Shown here: positions 1-8,565 of the stretch, piece after piece
How the letters are laid out: the number at the start of each line of letters is the position of its first letter
Position numbering within the stretch: position 1 is the stretch's first letter
Virus record (IMG/VR): IMGVR_UViG_2504643008_000009
Direction: 5' to 3' (one strand)
Source: an uncultured virus (IMG/VR IMGVR_UViG_2504643008_000009)
Taxonomy: Duplodnaviria > Heunggongvirae > Uroviricota > Caudoviricetes
Length of the DNA: 23,028 nt
Notes under the pieces: model-generated
Told to the model about the DNA's origin: nothing
Database searches by the model: none
The model's input: the letters and a program-made list of their open reading frames with translations, nothing else
Translations under genes and position numbers: made by a program

Positions 1-42
1 TCTGGGCTTGAGGGCTTTCAGGGCGGTGTCTGTGAGCGGCAT
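1..42 (-). CDS. 5' end of a P4-type tyrosine integrase (runs off the window)
   Basis: Reverse complement reads ATG CCG CTC ACA GAC ACC GCC CTG AAA GCC CTC AAG CCC AGA = MPLTDTALKALKPR, the typical arm-binding N-terminus of P4/IntA-family integrases. GAGG RBS lies just upstream. Confidence 0.75.
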   Translation of the reverse strand, partial: MPLTDTALKALKPR

Positions 43-51
43 GCGGGCCTC

Positions 52-152
52 TTTATGTCCATGTCATCCTGTTCAGTACGTCCATCCATCTACATTGACA
101 TAAATATGGACATAAAAAACGTTGGCTGCCTTGGGGGCTGAGTGGACATTAT
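52..152. repeat. TGGACATAAA-type repeats upstream of the integrase; candidate arm-type binding sites
   Basis: TTGACATAAA 95-104 and TGGACATAAA 107-116 (direct, 12-bp period), inverted copy TTTATGTCCA 52-61, degenerate TGGACATTAT 143-152. Confidence 0.5.
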
Positions 153-212
153 AAGAACAAAAAAGCCAGTATTAAAGCGGGTTTTAAGAGGGGGACTGGA
201 TGTCCTGGGACG

Positions 213-458
213 TTAAAAAACTAGTGTTATTTTCGTGGCCGGAATATCCACCACCTTGCGCGCCAGCCAATTGGTCCGGTACATCGCCTCCAGTTCGACA
301 CGATCAATCACCCGGGGCAGCAGGTACCGCCCATAGCTCATCTTGTCGCGCTGATCGCCCAATCCGGCCACCAGGTTCTGCAAGGTGTCCACGACATGCT
401 GAGGCGCAGCACCGGATCTGGCCCGCGCGGCGCGCTTGTTGCGATTGCGGCCACTCAC
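213..458 (-). pseudogene. Truncated portal-like (DUF1073-type) gene, 5' fragment only
   Basis: GTG overlaps the terL stop (GTGA). LEAMYRTNWLARKVVDIPA resembles the DUF1073 N-terminus. The frame enters AT-rich sequence at ~234 and stops after ~81 aa. Confidence 0.7.
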
Positions 459-2005
459 ACCCAGCGACTCCAATCACTTGCCGGATGCGCCAGCAGATCA
501 TTAATCGCATCCACCATCGGATCAATTTGATCATCGTGCGCATGCGTGCCATCGGCGCTGAACGCTTCACACTCAGCCACAAAATCCTTCACCCATCCCG
601 CCTGCTCTGGAATCACCACCCATCCCGCATCAATGTAGGACACCACATCCATCACCCGCGTGAGCTTGTCGGTCACCCGTGCAATCCCAGTCACCGGAAT
701 ACGCCCCTGACCAGCGCCACCTCTGGCAATGTCCTGAATTAAGCCCGTGCCGCTAGATTTGTCCTCAATCTTCATCTGACGGATCGGAGCCGATACCTTA
801 TGGTCGTAGGCGCGATGCGCATTCCAAAAATCAATCGCCCGCCGCTTGAGTTCCGGCGCTTCCCACTTGCCGCGAATCATGTCCAACAGATAGATACGCT
901 TGTCCTCTCCCAACCCCCACAGTTGGAAGACGCTGTAATCATTGCGCTCAGCCGTCTTCTGCGCCGTATCGCCATACACCGTGCGCGAGAGAATGCGCGG
1001 CAGCACCGTATAGCGCCCAAATTGATCCCCTTTGATGATCCCACCGCCCAGCGGACTGGGCCGCTGCTGATATTGACCGCTGAACACATAACGATCCGTC
1101 GCTTCCAACGCCAGCAACTCAGCTAACGGCTCTTTGTACGGCCAGTAGCTATAGCGTCCGTCCTGGTCCTGCACATCACGCACCACCTGCCCTTGCACCT
1201 GCTCCGGCAAACCGGACACGTAGGCATCATCAATCAATGCAGGAATCTCAATACATTCCCACGCCCCCGGGAATCCCCCAGACTGGATGAACCCCGTCGG
1301 ATCGTCCTGCGCCAAACGTTGCATAATCACAATAATTGGCGTGTCCGGACTGGCTTTACGACTCTTCACCGTGGACACCAGCTTACGGTTGGCCTTACTG
1401 CGTCCGGTCTTGCTGTAGGCATCTTCCACCTTCAGCGGATCATCAATAATGATCGCCCCCTGCCATCCCGGGGCCATGTGTCCGGCACGAAACCCCGTCA
1501 CCTGTCCCCCCAGACTCACCGCATACACCCCACCGGCTTTCTTACCATCCACCACCACATTCCAACGCTTCTTTGACTTGGCATCATCGGCAATCTCCAA
1601 CGGCCACAACGCACGATACTCATCAGACTGCACAATCTCCCGCGCCGTCTCCGAATTCAGCAGCGCCAAATCATCCGAATAACTAATATGCAAAAACCGC
1701 GCATACGGATTCAGCGCCAACCCACGCGCCATCAAATTAATCGCCACAAGCTCCGTTTTCGACGACCCAGGAGGCACATTAATCACCACATCCTTGCGCC
1801 GCCCTGCAATCACATCATCCACCACCCCAGCAATCACCTGATGGTGCCAATTCACCCTAAACCGCAGTTGCTGACGCTGTTTGAAAAAATACCGCGTGAA
1901 AAATAAATGATCTGCTTCGCACCTAGCCTTGATCACCGCTTGATCAATGGCCTGTTCAGTACTCAGCCTCAAGCCGCTTGAGGGCCGAGGCGATTTGTTT
2001 TTCAT
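455..2005 (-). CDS. terL: Terminase large subunit (true start probably ~1965-1975)
   Basis: Walker A-like PPGSSKT, Walker B IIIDDP, nuclease-domain motifs DTAQK and HDDQID; lies between terS and portal. Confidence 0.93.
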   Translation of the reverse strand: MKNKSPRPSSGLRLSTEQAIDQAVIKARCEADHLFFTRYFFKQRQQLRFRVNWHHQVIAGVVDDVIAGRRKDVVINVPPGSSKTELVAINLMARGLALNPYARFLHISYSDDLALLNSETAREIVQSDEYRALWPLEIADDAKSKKRWNVVVDGKKAGGVYAVSLGGQVTGFRAGHMAPGWQGAIIIDDPLKVEDAYSKTGRSKANRKLVSTVKSRKASPDTPIIVIMQRLAQDDPTGFIQSGGFPGAWECIEIPALIDDAYVSGLPEQVQGQVVRDVQDQDGRYSYWPYKEPLAELLALEATDRYVFSGQYQQRPSPLGGGIIKGDQFGRYTVLPRILSRTVYGDTAQKTAERNDYSVFQLWGLGEDKRIYLLDMIRGKWEAPELKRRAIDFWNAHRAYDHKVSAPIRQMKIEDKSSGTGLIQDIARGGAGQGRIPVTGIARVTDKLTRVMDVVSYIDAGWVVIPEQAGWVKDFVAECEAFSADGTHAHDDQIDPMVDAINDLLAHPASDWSRWV

Positions 2006-2354
2006 CGACTAACGCCAATCCAACCTTCTGTTCAATCGCCCCCCCATCGCGGCCAGACACCTCAACGCGTTGCGTGTCTTTCCAGCCAGCCCGCGCATTC
2101 ATCCAGCCAAGGGCCGCATGCGCGTTCGGCCTCGTCGGGTGGGTCGCCATATTGAACAGACTTTCGGCCACCTTGGCATTGGCTTGAATACCACCAATGT
2201 CCAGCTCGCGACGATAGTGCTTACGCAACGTCGGCGCACTGATCTGCATCAACAAGGCAATGTGATCATGAGGCGTGCCAAACGACGCCAGCTTTTCTAC
2301 CATCACGCGATTTTCATCTGTCGGTAGATGCGCTTTACGTCCTCTCTCAGCCAT
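1956..2354 (-). CDS. terS: Terminase small subunit
   Basis: HTH-like segment ([23 protein letters not shown]), C-terminal [12 protein letters not shown], overlaps terL start, GGAGG RBS. Confidence 0.8.
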   Translation of the reverse strand: MAERGRKAHLPTDENRVMVEKLASFGTPHDHIALLMQISAPTLRKHYRRELDIGGIQANAKVAESLFNMATHPTRPNAHAALGWMNARAGWKDTQRVEVSGRDGGAIEQKVGLALVDEKQIASALKRLEAEY

Positions 2355-2444
2355 CGCACGGCCTCCCTGGAAAACAAAATATCCGGTGAATTTTTTTCGT
2401 TTCTCTATATATAGGGGGCGAAAAAAATTGAGGAAACACCCGCC

Positions 2445-2762
2445 TCATTCGCCCTCTTCCCCGCAGCCCTGCGGTGACCACGGCTGCCCGACGCTGGCCG
2501 CCTGTACCCATGCCGCAACACAGCGCACTTGCGCCGCACAGTGTTCATACGCCAAACGCCATGCCAGCGTCTGATTCAGCACGTCGCGGACTGTCTCTAC
2601 ACGCGGCAATGGCGGCTCCTCACACGGCTGCAACAAACCCTGCGGCGGGGTAATCACCTCAACGCGGGTCTGCGTGACGATAACTGGCTTGACAGGACCC
2701 CCCGTCGAGCAAGCACCCAAGCACGTCAGGCACATCCATATCCAGAAAGGCTTTCGCCTCAT
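2445..2762 (-). CDS. Outer-membrane spanin lipoprotein (Rz1-like)
   Basis: MRRKPFWIWMCLTCLGAC signal with lipobox LGA|C, Pro-rich with PPQGLLQPC; overlaps the 3' end of the Rz-like gene. Confidence 0.8.
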   Translation of the reverse strand: MRRKPFWIWMCLTCLGACSTGGPVKPVIVTQTRVEVITPPQGLLQPCEEPPLPRVETVRDVLNQTLAWRLAYEHCAAQVRCVAAWVQAASVGQPWSPQGCGEEGE

Positions 2763-3120
2763 CGCTGTGTTGCTCCAAATGCGTGATGCGCTGCCGCAAT
2801 GCACGGTCGCGCAACGTGATCCGATTCAAATCCGTATGCAGCCCCGCAATCGCCTGCCTGTCGATCTCCCGTAACGCACGCAGCCGCGCAATCGCAGCGT
2901 CTTGCTCCGTGTTGATCGCAACCTGCGCATCCAACGTGCTTTCCACCGCCGCTAACTGGCCTTCCAGCTGCGCCGCCCGCTGCGCTAATTGACTGCGCTC
3001 GGACCAGGCCAGGACTGCATGTGCAACCAGCGCCACCAACGCACCAATCATCATGTACTCAACCAACAGCCGCACACTGGGCAAACCTCGCCCCACACGG
3101 CGCAGTGTATTAACGATCAT
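2659..3120 (-). CDS. Inner-membrane spanin (Rz-like)
   Basis: N-terminal TM helix followed by coiled coil and VPDVLGCLL tail; position after holin. Confidence 0.78.
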   Translation of the reverse strand: MIVNTLRRVGRGLPSVRLLVEYMMIGALVALVAHAVLAWSERSQLAQRAAQLEGQLAAVESTLDAQVAINTEQDAAIARLRALREIDRQAIAGLHTDLNRITLRDRALRQRITHLEQHSDEAKAFLDMDVPDVLGCLLDGGSCQASYRHADPR

Positions 3121-3439
3121 CCGAACTCCTTCTCCCGCCCCCCACTTTAGGGACAATAAAGCTTTGAATTAGGTCCAAACTGGCAGAGGCCCCAAGCCAA
3201 CCAAACACCCCCACTGTGACTGCCGTCAGTTGCTGGCTTAACTCCAGCGATTCACACACCCACATTGCAAACAGCCCCACAAGCCCAGCCGCGCTGGCTT
3301 CGATCAGCACACGCGCCCAGGTCGGTTTCTCGCCGTTGTCGAGCGTGCGCATTAAGTAGCCGAGTACCCCAGCCACCATCGCAAGGCACGTATAGAACGC
3401 TTCTTTCCACCAGGACATCATGGACGAGGGATCAATCAC
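3110..3439 (-). CDS. Holin
   Basis: 109 aa, three hydrophobic segments, charged C-terminus; lies between endolysin and spanins. Confidence 0.8.
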   Translation of the reverse strand: MIDPSSMMSWWKEAFYTCLAMVAGVLGYLMRTLDNGEKPTWARVLIEASAAGLVGLFAMWVCESLELSQQLTAVTVGVFGWLGASASLDLIQSFIVPKVGGGRRSSDDR

Positions 3440-3932
3440 GGCGACCCTTGCTCTTCAAAGCGGCACGCTGTTTCTCCGCTTCGGCACGCCAGTCACCATA
3501 TTCAAATAACACACGTTCGGCGGCACGCCTGATGATTAAGCCAGACTGCACACGACCGCCCGCCCATTTCCACACATGAAACTGCTGCGCCGCACCAGCA
3601 ACGTCACCGGCATTAAGCTTGCGTAACAGCGTCGAGCGGTGGAACGCGCCCACACCAATGTTGAAGCTCAGCGATACCAGCGCATCGAACTGCTGTTGCT
3701 TGAGTGGCACACGCGCATAACGCCGTACAGCCGGTTCAAACTCTTTGGCTAATCGAGCACGTAACATTGCATCCGCTTCCTGCTCATTGGCAAGACGCAT
3801 ATCAGGCCTAACGTGCTTGCCCGTCTCGCCATAGCCAATCGTCAACACACCCCCAGGACAGGTATACGAGCTCAGCTTGCAACCCTCAAAAAACTTAATC
3901 AGTGCAATGCCTTCTTCACCAATGGTCTGCAT
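3432..3932 (-). CDS. Endolysin (GH24 phage lysozyme)
   Basis: LIKFFEG...YTCPGGVLTIGYG, QQFDALVSLSFNIG, GLIIRRAAE. ATG at 3932 has a GGAG RBS. Confidence 0.93.
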   Translation of the reverse strand: MQTIGEEGIALIKFFEGCKLSSYTCPGGVLTIGYGETGKHVRPDMRLANEQEADAMLRARLAKEFEPAVRRYARVPLKQQQFDALVSLSFNIGVGAFHRSTLLRKLNAGDVAGAAQQFHVWKWAGGRVQSGLIIRRAAERVLFEYGDWRAEAEKQRAALKSKGRRD

Positions 3933-3950
3933 GAGGGGACTCCAGTACGC

Positions 3951-3971
3951 AAAAAACCGCCCGAAGGCGGT
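3951..3971 (-). terminator. Intrinsic terminator upstream of the lysis genes
   Basis: Minus strand ACCGCC-TTCG-GGCGGT followed by a T-tract. Confidence 0.8.
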
Positions 3972-3985
3972 CGCTGGCTTTGAAT

Positions 3986-4014
3986 AAAAAAAGCCCTGCT
4001 GAGGTGGGCAGGGC
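3986..4014 (-). terminator. Intrinsic terminator (tR'-like)
   Basis: Minus strand GCCCTGC-ccacctca-GCAGGGC-TTTTTTT. Confidence 0.8.
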
Positions 4015-4058
4015 GCGAGTAAATCATTCGATGAGGGCATAGCACCACTCAGGCGCGT

Positions 4059-4088
4059 AGATTAGGGGGGAAAGTGCGGACCTATCAA
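4059..4088 (-). promoter_or_regulatory. Late promoter (pR'-like)
   Basis: TTGATA-18 bp-TAATCT pointing into two terminators and the lysis cassette. Confidence 0.55.
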
Positions 4089-4110
4089 GTCCGAACTACG
4101 GTGCCGTTGT

Positions 4111-4947
4111 TCATTGAGTATGCCTGCTTGCATTGCCCATGCCCTTTTGGGCGGTCTGCTCCATGTGCGGGCCGATGGCTTTTTCTGAGAACGCTTTGCT
4201 CATGCGTTCAATCGCGGCTTTTGCGATATCGGGTAGATGCTTGCTTGGAAACGTTGGGTGTCTGACCCAATCCGCTACTTCGTCGCTAGTAAGAAAATTG
4301 GTATGCAGTGTTACGGGTGTCAGCCGTAGCCTGAAGTCAGGACCGAAATTCAGTATCCAGCGATGCCATCTCAATAGTTCGACGAGTGCCGATGTGGCAA
4401 TGGCTTTACTATCTTCCAACCCTTTTGGAAATTCAGGCTCTTTTATTCCTGCGGACTCAAGTAGCCTTCTGACATCGCTAATCCAACGGTTATGAGCGGT
4501 GTTTAACGCCTCCATTTGCTTACGGTCTTTGGAGTAGCTGCGCATCTGGTCGTATTCCAGATCGGGATTAACCGTGTACTCGCCCATAGTCTGCTGCTGC
4601 GACCAATGCGCCCATAACACATCGTCGCATTCGTTCTGGTAGGTGAGGACACGTTCCCTAAGTTCTGGGCGAAGCTTGTTCGGATGGATCGTCATAAGCC
4701 AACCAGGGAGCTTGCGTAACGGGAGACAAATCGTCTGTTGTTCACCACCATGCGAAGGGATCAGGATTTCCTTGATACCCCAACGGCCTTCATTGGTACG
4801 TAGTTTTTCATGCTGCCCCTGCCAAGACATTCCCATACCCATCACAATAGGTTTCATCGGTGTGTATGGCTGTCCTCCGTGGCCTATCACCATGAGTTCA
4901 GCACCATAGAAAGGCACACGAATTTGAGTAAGTGCGGTAGAATTCAT
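4111..4947 (-). CDS. Antirepressor-like protein: P22 Ant N-terminal-type domain plus a C-terminal domain shared with 9701..10489
   Basis: VPFYGAELMVIGHGGQPYTPMKPIVMGMGMSWQGQHEKL and ICLPLRKLPGWLMTIHPNK resemble P22_AR_N; AAGGA RBS. Confidence 0.82.
   Translation of the reverse strand: MNSTALTQIRVPFYGAELMVIGHGGQPYTPMKPIVMGMGMSWQGQHEKLRTNEGRWGIKEILIPSHGGEQQTICLPLRKLPGWLMTIHPNKLRPELRERVLTYQNECDDVLWAHWSQQQTMGEYTVNPDLEYDQMRSYSKDRKQMEALNTAHNRWISDVRRLLESAGIKEPEFPKGLEDSKAIATSALVELLRWHRWILNFGPDFRLRLTPVTLHTNFLTSDEVADWVRHPTFPSKHLPDIAKAAIERMSKAFSEKAIGPHMEQTAQKGMGNASRHTQ
4120..4585. repeat. 466-bp direct repeat, copy 1 (copy 2 at 9710-10175)
   Basis: Manual alignment at offset 5590 gives about 11 mismatches. 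Confidence 0.95.
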
Positions 4948-4948
4948 A

Positions 4949-5023
4949 AAGATTCCTTACTTGATCTAGTGGGTTTCTGTTTTCGACGCCTCAACAGTTG
5001 CTGCTGTTGGGGCGTTTACTTTT
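4949..5023 (+). ncRNA. Candidate sar-like antisense RNA covering the ant RBS
   Basis: TAGAAT -10 at 4938-4943 inside the ant start, and a plus-strand hairpin ACGCCTCAACAG...CTGTTGGGGCGT followed by TTACTTTT. Same position as P22 sar; no good -35. Confidence 0.4.
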
Positions 5024-5026
5024 GTG

Positions 5027-5191
5027 TCATCCGGTTGCACGTTCTGCCTCTCGCTTCCGGCTTTCTTCAAGCCGATGAACAATCTCGCTGTTCAAACTCC
5101 GCATGTTCTCGGCAGCTTTGGTAGCAAGCCAGTCTTTAAGGTTTTGGGAAACTCGCATGTTGAACTGCGGAATCTGTTTCGCATTTTGCAT
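5027..5191 (-). CDS. Arc-like ribbon-helix-helix repressor, 54 aa (absent from the ORF track)
   Basis: MQNAKQIPQFNMRVSQNLKDWLATKAAENMRSLNSEIVHRLEESRKREAERATG, with PQFNxR and RSxNSEI Arc motifs; AAGGAG RBS. Confidence 0.85.
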   Translation of the reverse strand: MQNAKQIPQFNMRVSQNLKDWLATKAAENMRSLNSEIVHRLEESRKREAERATG

Positions 5192-5204
5192 AATTCGCTC
5201 CTTC

Positions 5205-5290
5205 TTTAATATCAGATTGATACTATATCAGTATGCGATTAGTATCAAGTGGCGACTATTGGATGATAGCAATTTGATATTAATGTAGAA
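5205..5290. promoter_or_regulatory. Divergent AT-rich promoter/operator region between the two RHH genes
   Basis: Repeated TGATA/TATCA half-sites, e.g. TGATActaTATCA at 5218-5230. Confidence 0.5.
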
Positions 5291-5292
5291 GG

Positions 5293-5694
5293 ATGTCAAA
5301 AGAACGCACGTACCCAAGCAGAGCCGCAGATCAGTTCATTGTGCGCCTCCCTGACGGGATGCGCGGCGAGATAAGCGCCGCAGCCACAGCTAACAATCGG
5401 TCAATGAACGCCGAGATCGTCTCCCGATTGCAACAATCCTTCGATTCCGATGGTGATCTTGATGTGGACGTGCGTGAGATTGCTCAAAAGGTTGCTCAAC
5501 AACGTGGCCTATCGTTCAGGGATGCCCTGCGGCTGCTTGTTCTAGCAGGAGCCAATCCAGACGCGCCAAGTATCCTGTTCATCAAACCCACATCTGGCAT
5601 GACTTTGGAGGAGTATCGCTTGATGTTCGAGGTTGCCGATAAATTCACCCCACCCGATGCCACAATCTTGATGGACCCACCTGACAAGCCGTAG
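5293..5694 (+). CDS. Arc/Mnt-family repressor with C-terminal extension
   Basis: DQFIVRLPDGMRGEISAAATANNRSMNAEIVSRLQQSF RHH motif; divergent from arc-ant. Confidence 0.85.
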   Translation: MSKERTYPSRAADQFIVRLPDGMRGEISAAATANNRSMNAEIVSRLQQSFDSDGDLDVDVREIAQKVAQQRGLSFRDALRLLVLAGANPDAPSILFIKPTSGMTLEEYRLMFEVADKFTPPDATILMDPPDKP

Positions 5695-5722
5695 CTACCC
5701 GACCGCCAATAGGTTGAGCAAA

Positions 5723-6421
5723 CTACGCCACCTCCTTGTGTAACGCCTCTTGCAGTTCTCTAGCGGCCTGCCGTTCAGCGTCACGCATCCTGTCCAACAG
5801 CCACTCGTACACACCACGCCATCTTCTACGGTAAGCGGCTTCATCGCGACCAATAGCAAAGGCGCGTCTGCAATCACTCACCGGAGCTGAGCCACTCCCC
5901 CCGCACGCCGTGCACACCTTCACCAACGCCCCTACACGCCGTTCCCCCTGACCATGACAGCAGGGGCATAACTGCGGCGTGGACAGCTCATCCACCACCG
6001 CCGCAACCAGTACCGGTAACATCTCCAACGTCGCCTGCGGCCACAGGTGGGCTTTGAGCTTGTCCAGCCGCTCCTCCGCACGCCTCAGCGCAGCCTGCTG
6101 TGCGCTTGTCGTTGCTCGGGTCCACCCCATGCACGCTTTGACAATGCCCACGTCTGTACGCGCTTCCAGCAAGCGCTGCTGCTGCCGTCGAATCTCCGGC
6201 ACCACCAAGGCCACCGCCGCATCGCGCAAGGGGCCACGTCGCAACGCTGCGCCATCCGGCCACCAGCACGCTTGCAGTACCTCACGCCCCAACCCCGCAG
6301 GCACCAGCCCCAGGGCATGGGCAATGTCTTGCGCTGTCAACTCAGGCACTCCACCAGGCAGCGTGTCGTAGCGGATCGTGCTCGGGTTCAAACGAGCCAG
6401 TAAGCGTCGCGGATCAGTCAT
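5723..6421 (-). CDS. Late antiterminator Q-like protein
   Basis: CPCCHGQG...CTACGGSG zinc finger followed by an HTH-like segment; last early gene before the late region. Confidence 0.7.
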   Translation of the reverse strand: MTDPRRLLARLNPSTIRYDTLPGGVPELTAQDIAHALGLVPAGLGREVLQACWWPDGAALRRGPLRDAAVALVVPEIRRQQQRLLEARTDVGIVKACMGWTRATTSAQQAALRRAEERLDKLKAHLWPQATLEMLPVLVAAVVDELSTPQLCPCCHGQGERRVGALVKVCTACGGSGSAPVSDCRRAFAIGRDEAAYRRRWRGVYEWLLDRMRDAERQAARELQEALHKEVA

Positions 6422-6549
6422 GGCGGATGTCCTGTGGGTTTCACGTCAAAAGCGGTGACCAGAAGCAGTCACCAGGCGCTTCATAGCGCTCAGGTAGGCA
6501 TCACCTGAATAAACGTTGGTCACACGGCCATCACCACGGATGGGGAGGA

Positions 6550-7011
6550 TCAGAATGCAGGATTGGCGTGCAGGCGTGGCCCTCCGTTGCTTGCTTGCTG
6601 CGTGATGCCCGTGATGGTGATGACCACCTGTCCGGCATGGCGTACCTCATCCTCAATCAGCGGATGCGATACAAAACGCCGGTCATCAATGCCCAGGGCA
6701 TCGGCAATGCCATCCCGGTACGGCTTAAACCGCGCCAGCATGTTGTCATCGTCAGGCAGACAGCGTGTGGGCGGATAGAAGCTAATCCATAGATCCAAGC
6801 GTCCCTCAGCAGGCAGCGACAGGCCACCCCATCCGGCACACCGTGCCATCACCTCGGCGTAGCCTCTGGCCTGTTTTACGGCTTTGCTGCGCCGTGTCCA
6901 ATGCACCCGTGCGTTCGGTGACAGGTCCTTGGAGGGCCACGGCAATGTTAAAGATTGCATCTGCTTCACCCCTGCCATGGCGCAGGCAGCAATAGGCATC
7001 GCCTTACTCAT
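6550..7011 (-). CDS. rusA: RusA-like Holliday junction resolvase (possible start 6960)
   Basis: [15 protein letters not shown] and [27 protein letters not shown] acidic motifs. Confidence 0.75.
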   Translation of the reverse strand: MSKAMPIAACAMAGVKQMQSLTLPWPSKDLSPNARVHWTRRSKAVKQARGYAEVMARCAGWGGLSLPAEGRLDLWISFYPPTRCLPDDDNMLARFKPYRDGIADALGIDDRRFVSHPLIEDEVRHAGQVVITITGITQQASNGGPRLHANPAF

Positions 7012-7772
7012 AGCACCCCCGATTCAATCAGCTCATGCGCCTGATTCCGGCTGATGTGGAATTCGGCCATGAGCTTTTCCTCACGGGCGGCCAGCTCAGG
7101 GTGATGAAACATGCTGCTAATTTCCTCCAGCGCTGCGTGAGCCACGTCAGGGGAGGCCGGTTGGGGCGCTGCGGGCTGTTGCGCCTCAATCAGGGCGACA
7201 GGCACCTCTGGAAGGACGCCGCCACGCATCACAAAGTCTCGCGCTTGCTCGTAGGCCTCACGCAGCATCCGATCAGCCTCAGCACGGCTGGACTGGCAAT
7301 AGCTCCATGAATCGATGAACTCCCAGCATTTGGCTACAAACGGCGTATTGCACCGCGTGGTGCCTGCGGTGAAGTGACTCCGTACCGCCGCCAGGGATGG
7401 CACGCCTAAACACATGCTACGGAACCGCGGCGCACTGGGCGGAAACTCGCCACCTTCAGCAATGCACGCCGCCAACCCGTCCGCAAACTGAGACGCCTCC
7501 AGCCCAACCAGCGCCTTCTGCCAGGTTTCACCAGCCACGGTCAGGGCGCCTTCTTCGTCTTGGGCAGACTGACCATGAACATTCACCCAGGCGTGGCCAT
7601 AGAACGCAGTCATCCGCTCCCATAAGCGGCGCAGCCAGGGGAACGGGATCACCGTGGCTTGCGCAAGGGAAGCGGTGTTACTGGAGCGATCCGTCACGCA
7701 GGTCAAATTGTCTATGGAAGGCGCGTGCTTGGTCTGCAAGGCCGAGTCGCATAGGTCTTGAATTGTATTCAT
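7008..7772 (-). CDS. Replication protein, lambda P-like (helicase loader position)
   Basis: Follows the initiator; TWQKAL..L..SQFADGL...[12 protein letters not shown] resembles P-like proteins. Confidence 0.5.
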   Translation of the reverse strand: MNTIQDLCDSALQTKHAPSIDNLTCVTDRSSNTASLAQATVIPFPWLRRLWERMTAFYGHAWVNVHGQSAQDEEGALTVAGETWQKALVGLEASQFADGLAACIAEGGEFPPSAPRFRSMCLGVPSLAAVRSHFTAGTTRCNTPFVAKCWEFIDSWSYCQSSRAEADRMLREAYEQARDFVMRGGVLPEVPVALIEAQQPAAPQPASPDVAHAALEEISSMFHHPELAAREEKLMAEFHISRNQAHELIESGVL

Positions 7773-8565
7773 AGCGTTGATATCCGTGCTTCATGGAGCT
7801 GGTTTTGTCTTCGGCAGCGCGGCGAATCCAGTTACGCCAGGTGGCCTCCCAATCCTGTTTGCGCCCCTTGGCTCCGGCCACGCTGCGCCAGTAATCGCGG
7901 AATTTCTCGGCTTCGTAGCGTCCATCCACACCCTGCTGGGTGGCGTACAACACATCAACCTCACTGGGTACCCAGTCATCGGGCAGGCGTGAGCCGTGAG
8001 GCGAGCGCTTGGGTTTTCCCGTGCTGCCGGTGGCGTTGCCGTCCTCGGCGAATACCAAACTCTCTTCCGAACACAGTGAGGAAGAGATAATGGGATCTGG
8101 AGTCTGGTGTCTGGTGGGCTTTTGATTGGGTTCTATCTGGGTTTCATTTGGGTTTGTGTTGGCTTTTGATTGGGTTTCATTTGGGTTATCTAAATCAAAG
8201 TCAGCGGGTTTCTGTTGGGTTTGTGTCTGGCTATCATGATGAGCAGAATTTCTAGGCCGCCCTCCCTTTTTGCCGTTCTCCTGCTGTGCTGCTGCCCTTG
8301 CATGAAAGCGAGCGATTTCCTCATCACATCGCTTGTTATGCCAGCCGTCCTCTTGCAATAAGAAGAATTCATCAAGCACCACATCAACAGCGCTTTTCTC
8401 TTTTTTGCTATGGGCACGCGCGATGCGGTGCGCCTTGTTAGCCGGAATCGGTTGCTCTGTGGCGTAGTAGCGATCTAACAGCAGGCAGTAAATGCCATGT
8501 TCGAGCACCGAGAGGTACCCCGTGTCACGGGCGTAATCGCCAATGTGGCGTTCGTAATAATTCAT
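7678..8565 (-). CDS. Replication initiator, YdaU/DUF1376 N-terminus (O-like)
   Basis: MNYYERHIGDY..DT.YLS..EHG.Y.LLLD.YY, NGKKGGRP, C-terminal KFRDYW..DWEATWRNWIR; ATG overlaps the upstream stop (ATGA). Confidence 0.85.
   Translation of the reverse strand: MNYYERHIGDYARDTGYLSVLEHGIYCLLLDRYYATEQPIPANKAHRIARAHSKKEKSAVDVVLDEFFLLQEDGWHNKRCDEEIARFHARAAAQQENGKKGGRPRNSAHHDSQTQTQQKPADFDLDNPNETQSKANTNPNETQIEPNQKPTRHQTPDPIISSSLCSEESLVFAEDGNATGSTGKPKRSPHGSRLPDDWVPSEVDVLYATQQGVDGRYEAEKFRDYWRSVAGAKGRKQDWEATWRNWIRRAAEDKTSSMKHGYQRYEYNSRPMRLGLADQARAFHRQFDLRDGSLQ
8115..8222. repeat. Iteron-like ~11-bp periodic repeats inside the initiator gene (probable ori)
   Basis: TGGGTT at 8127, 8138, 8149, 8171, 8182, 8216, with variants at 8115, 8160, 8205. 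Confidence 0.65.

Noticed and set aside
225..250. tRNA or tmRNA 3'-end fragment as att core at the portal junction
   Set aside because: No convincing TTCGA..CCA match; the core cannot be defined without the other end of the element.
200..1906. Several plus-strand ORFs over terL/portal
   Set aside because: Antisense shadows of a well-supported gene, with no recognisable motifs.
2360..2440. AT-rich stretch upstream of terS as a pac/cos site or promoter
   Set aside because: No diagnostic motif can be supported from sequence alone.
3933..4040. N-terminal extension of the endolysin in the ORF track
   Set aside because: It runs through two terminators; ATG 3932 has the RBS.
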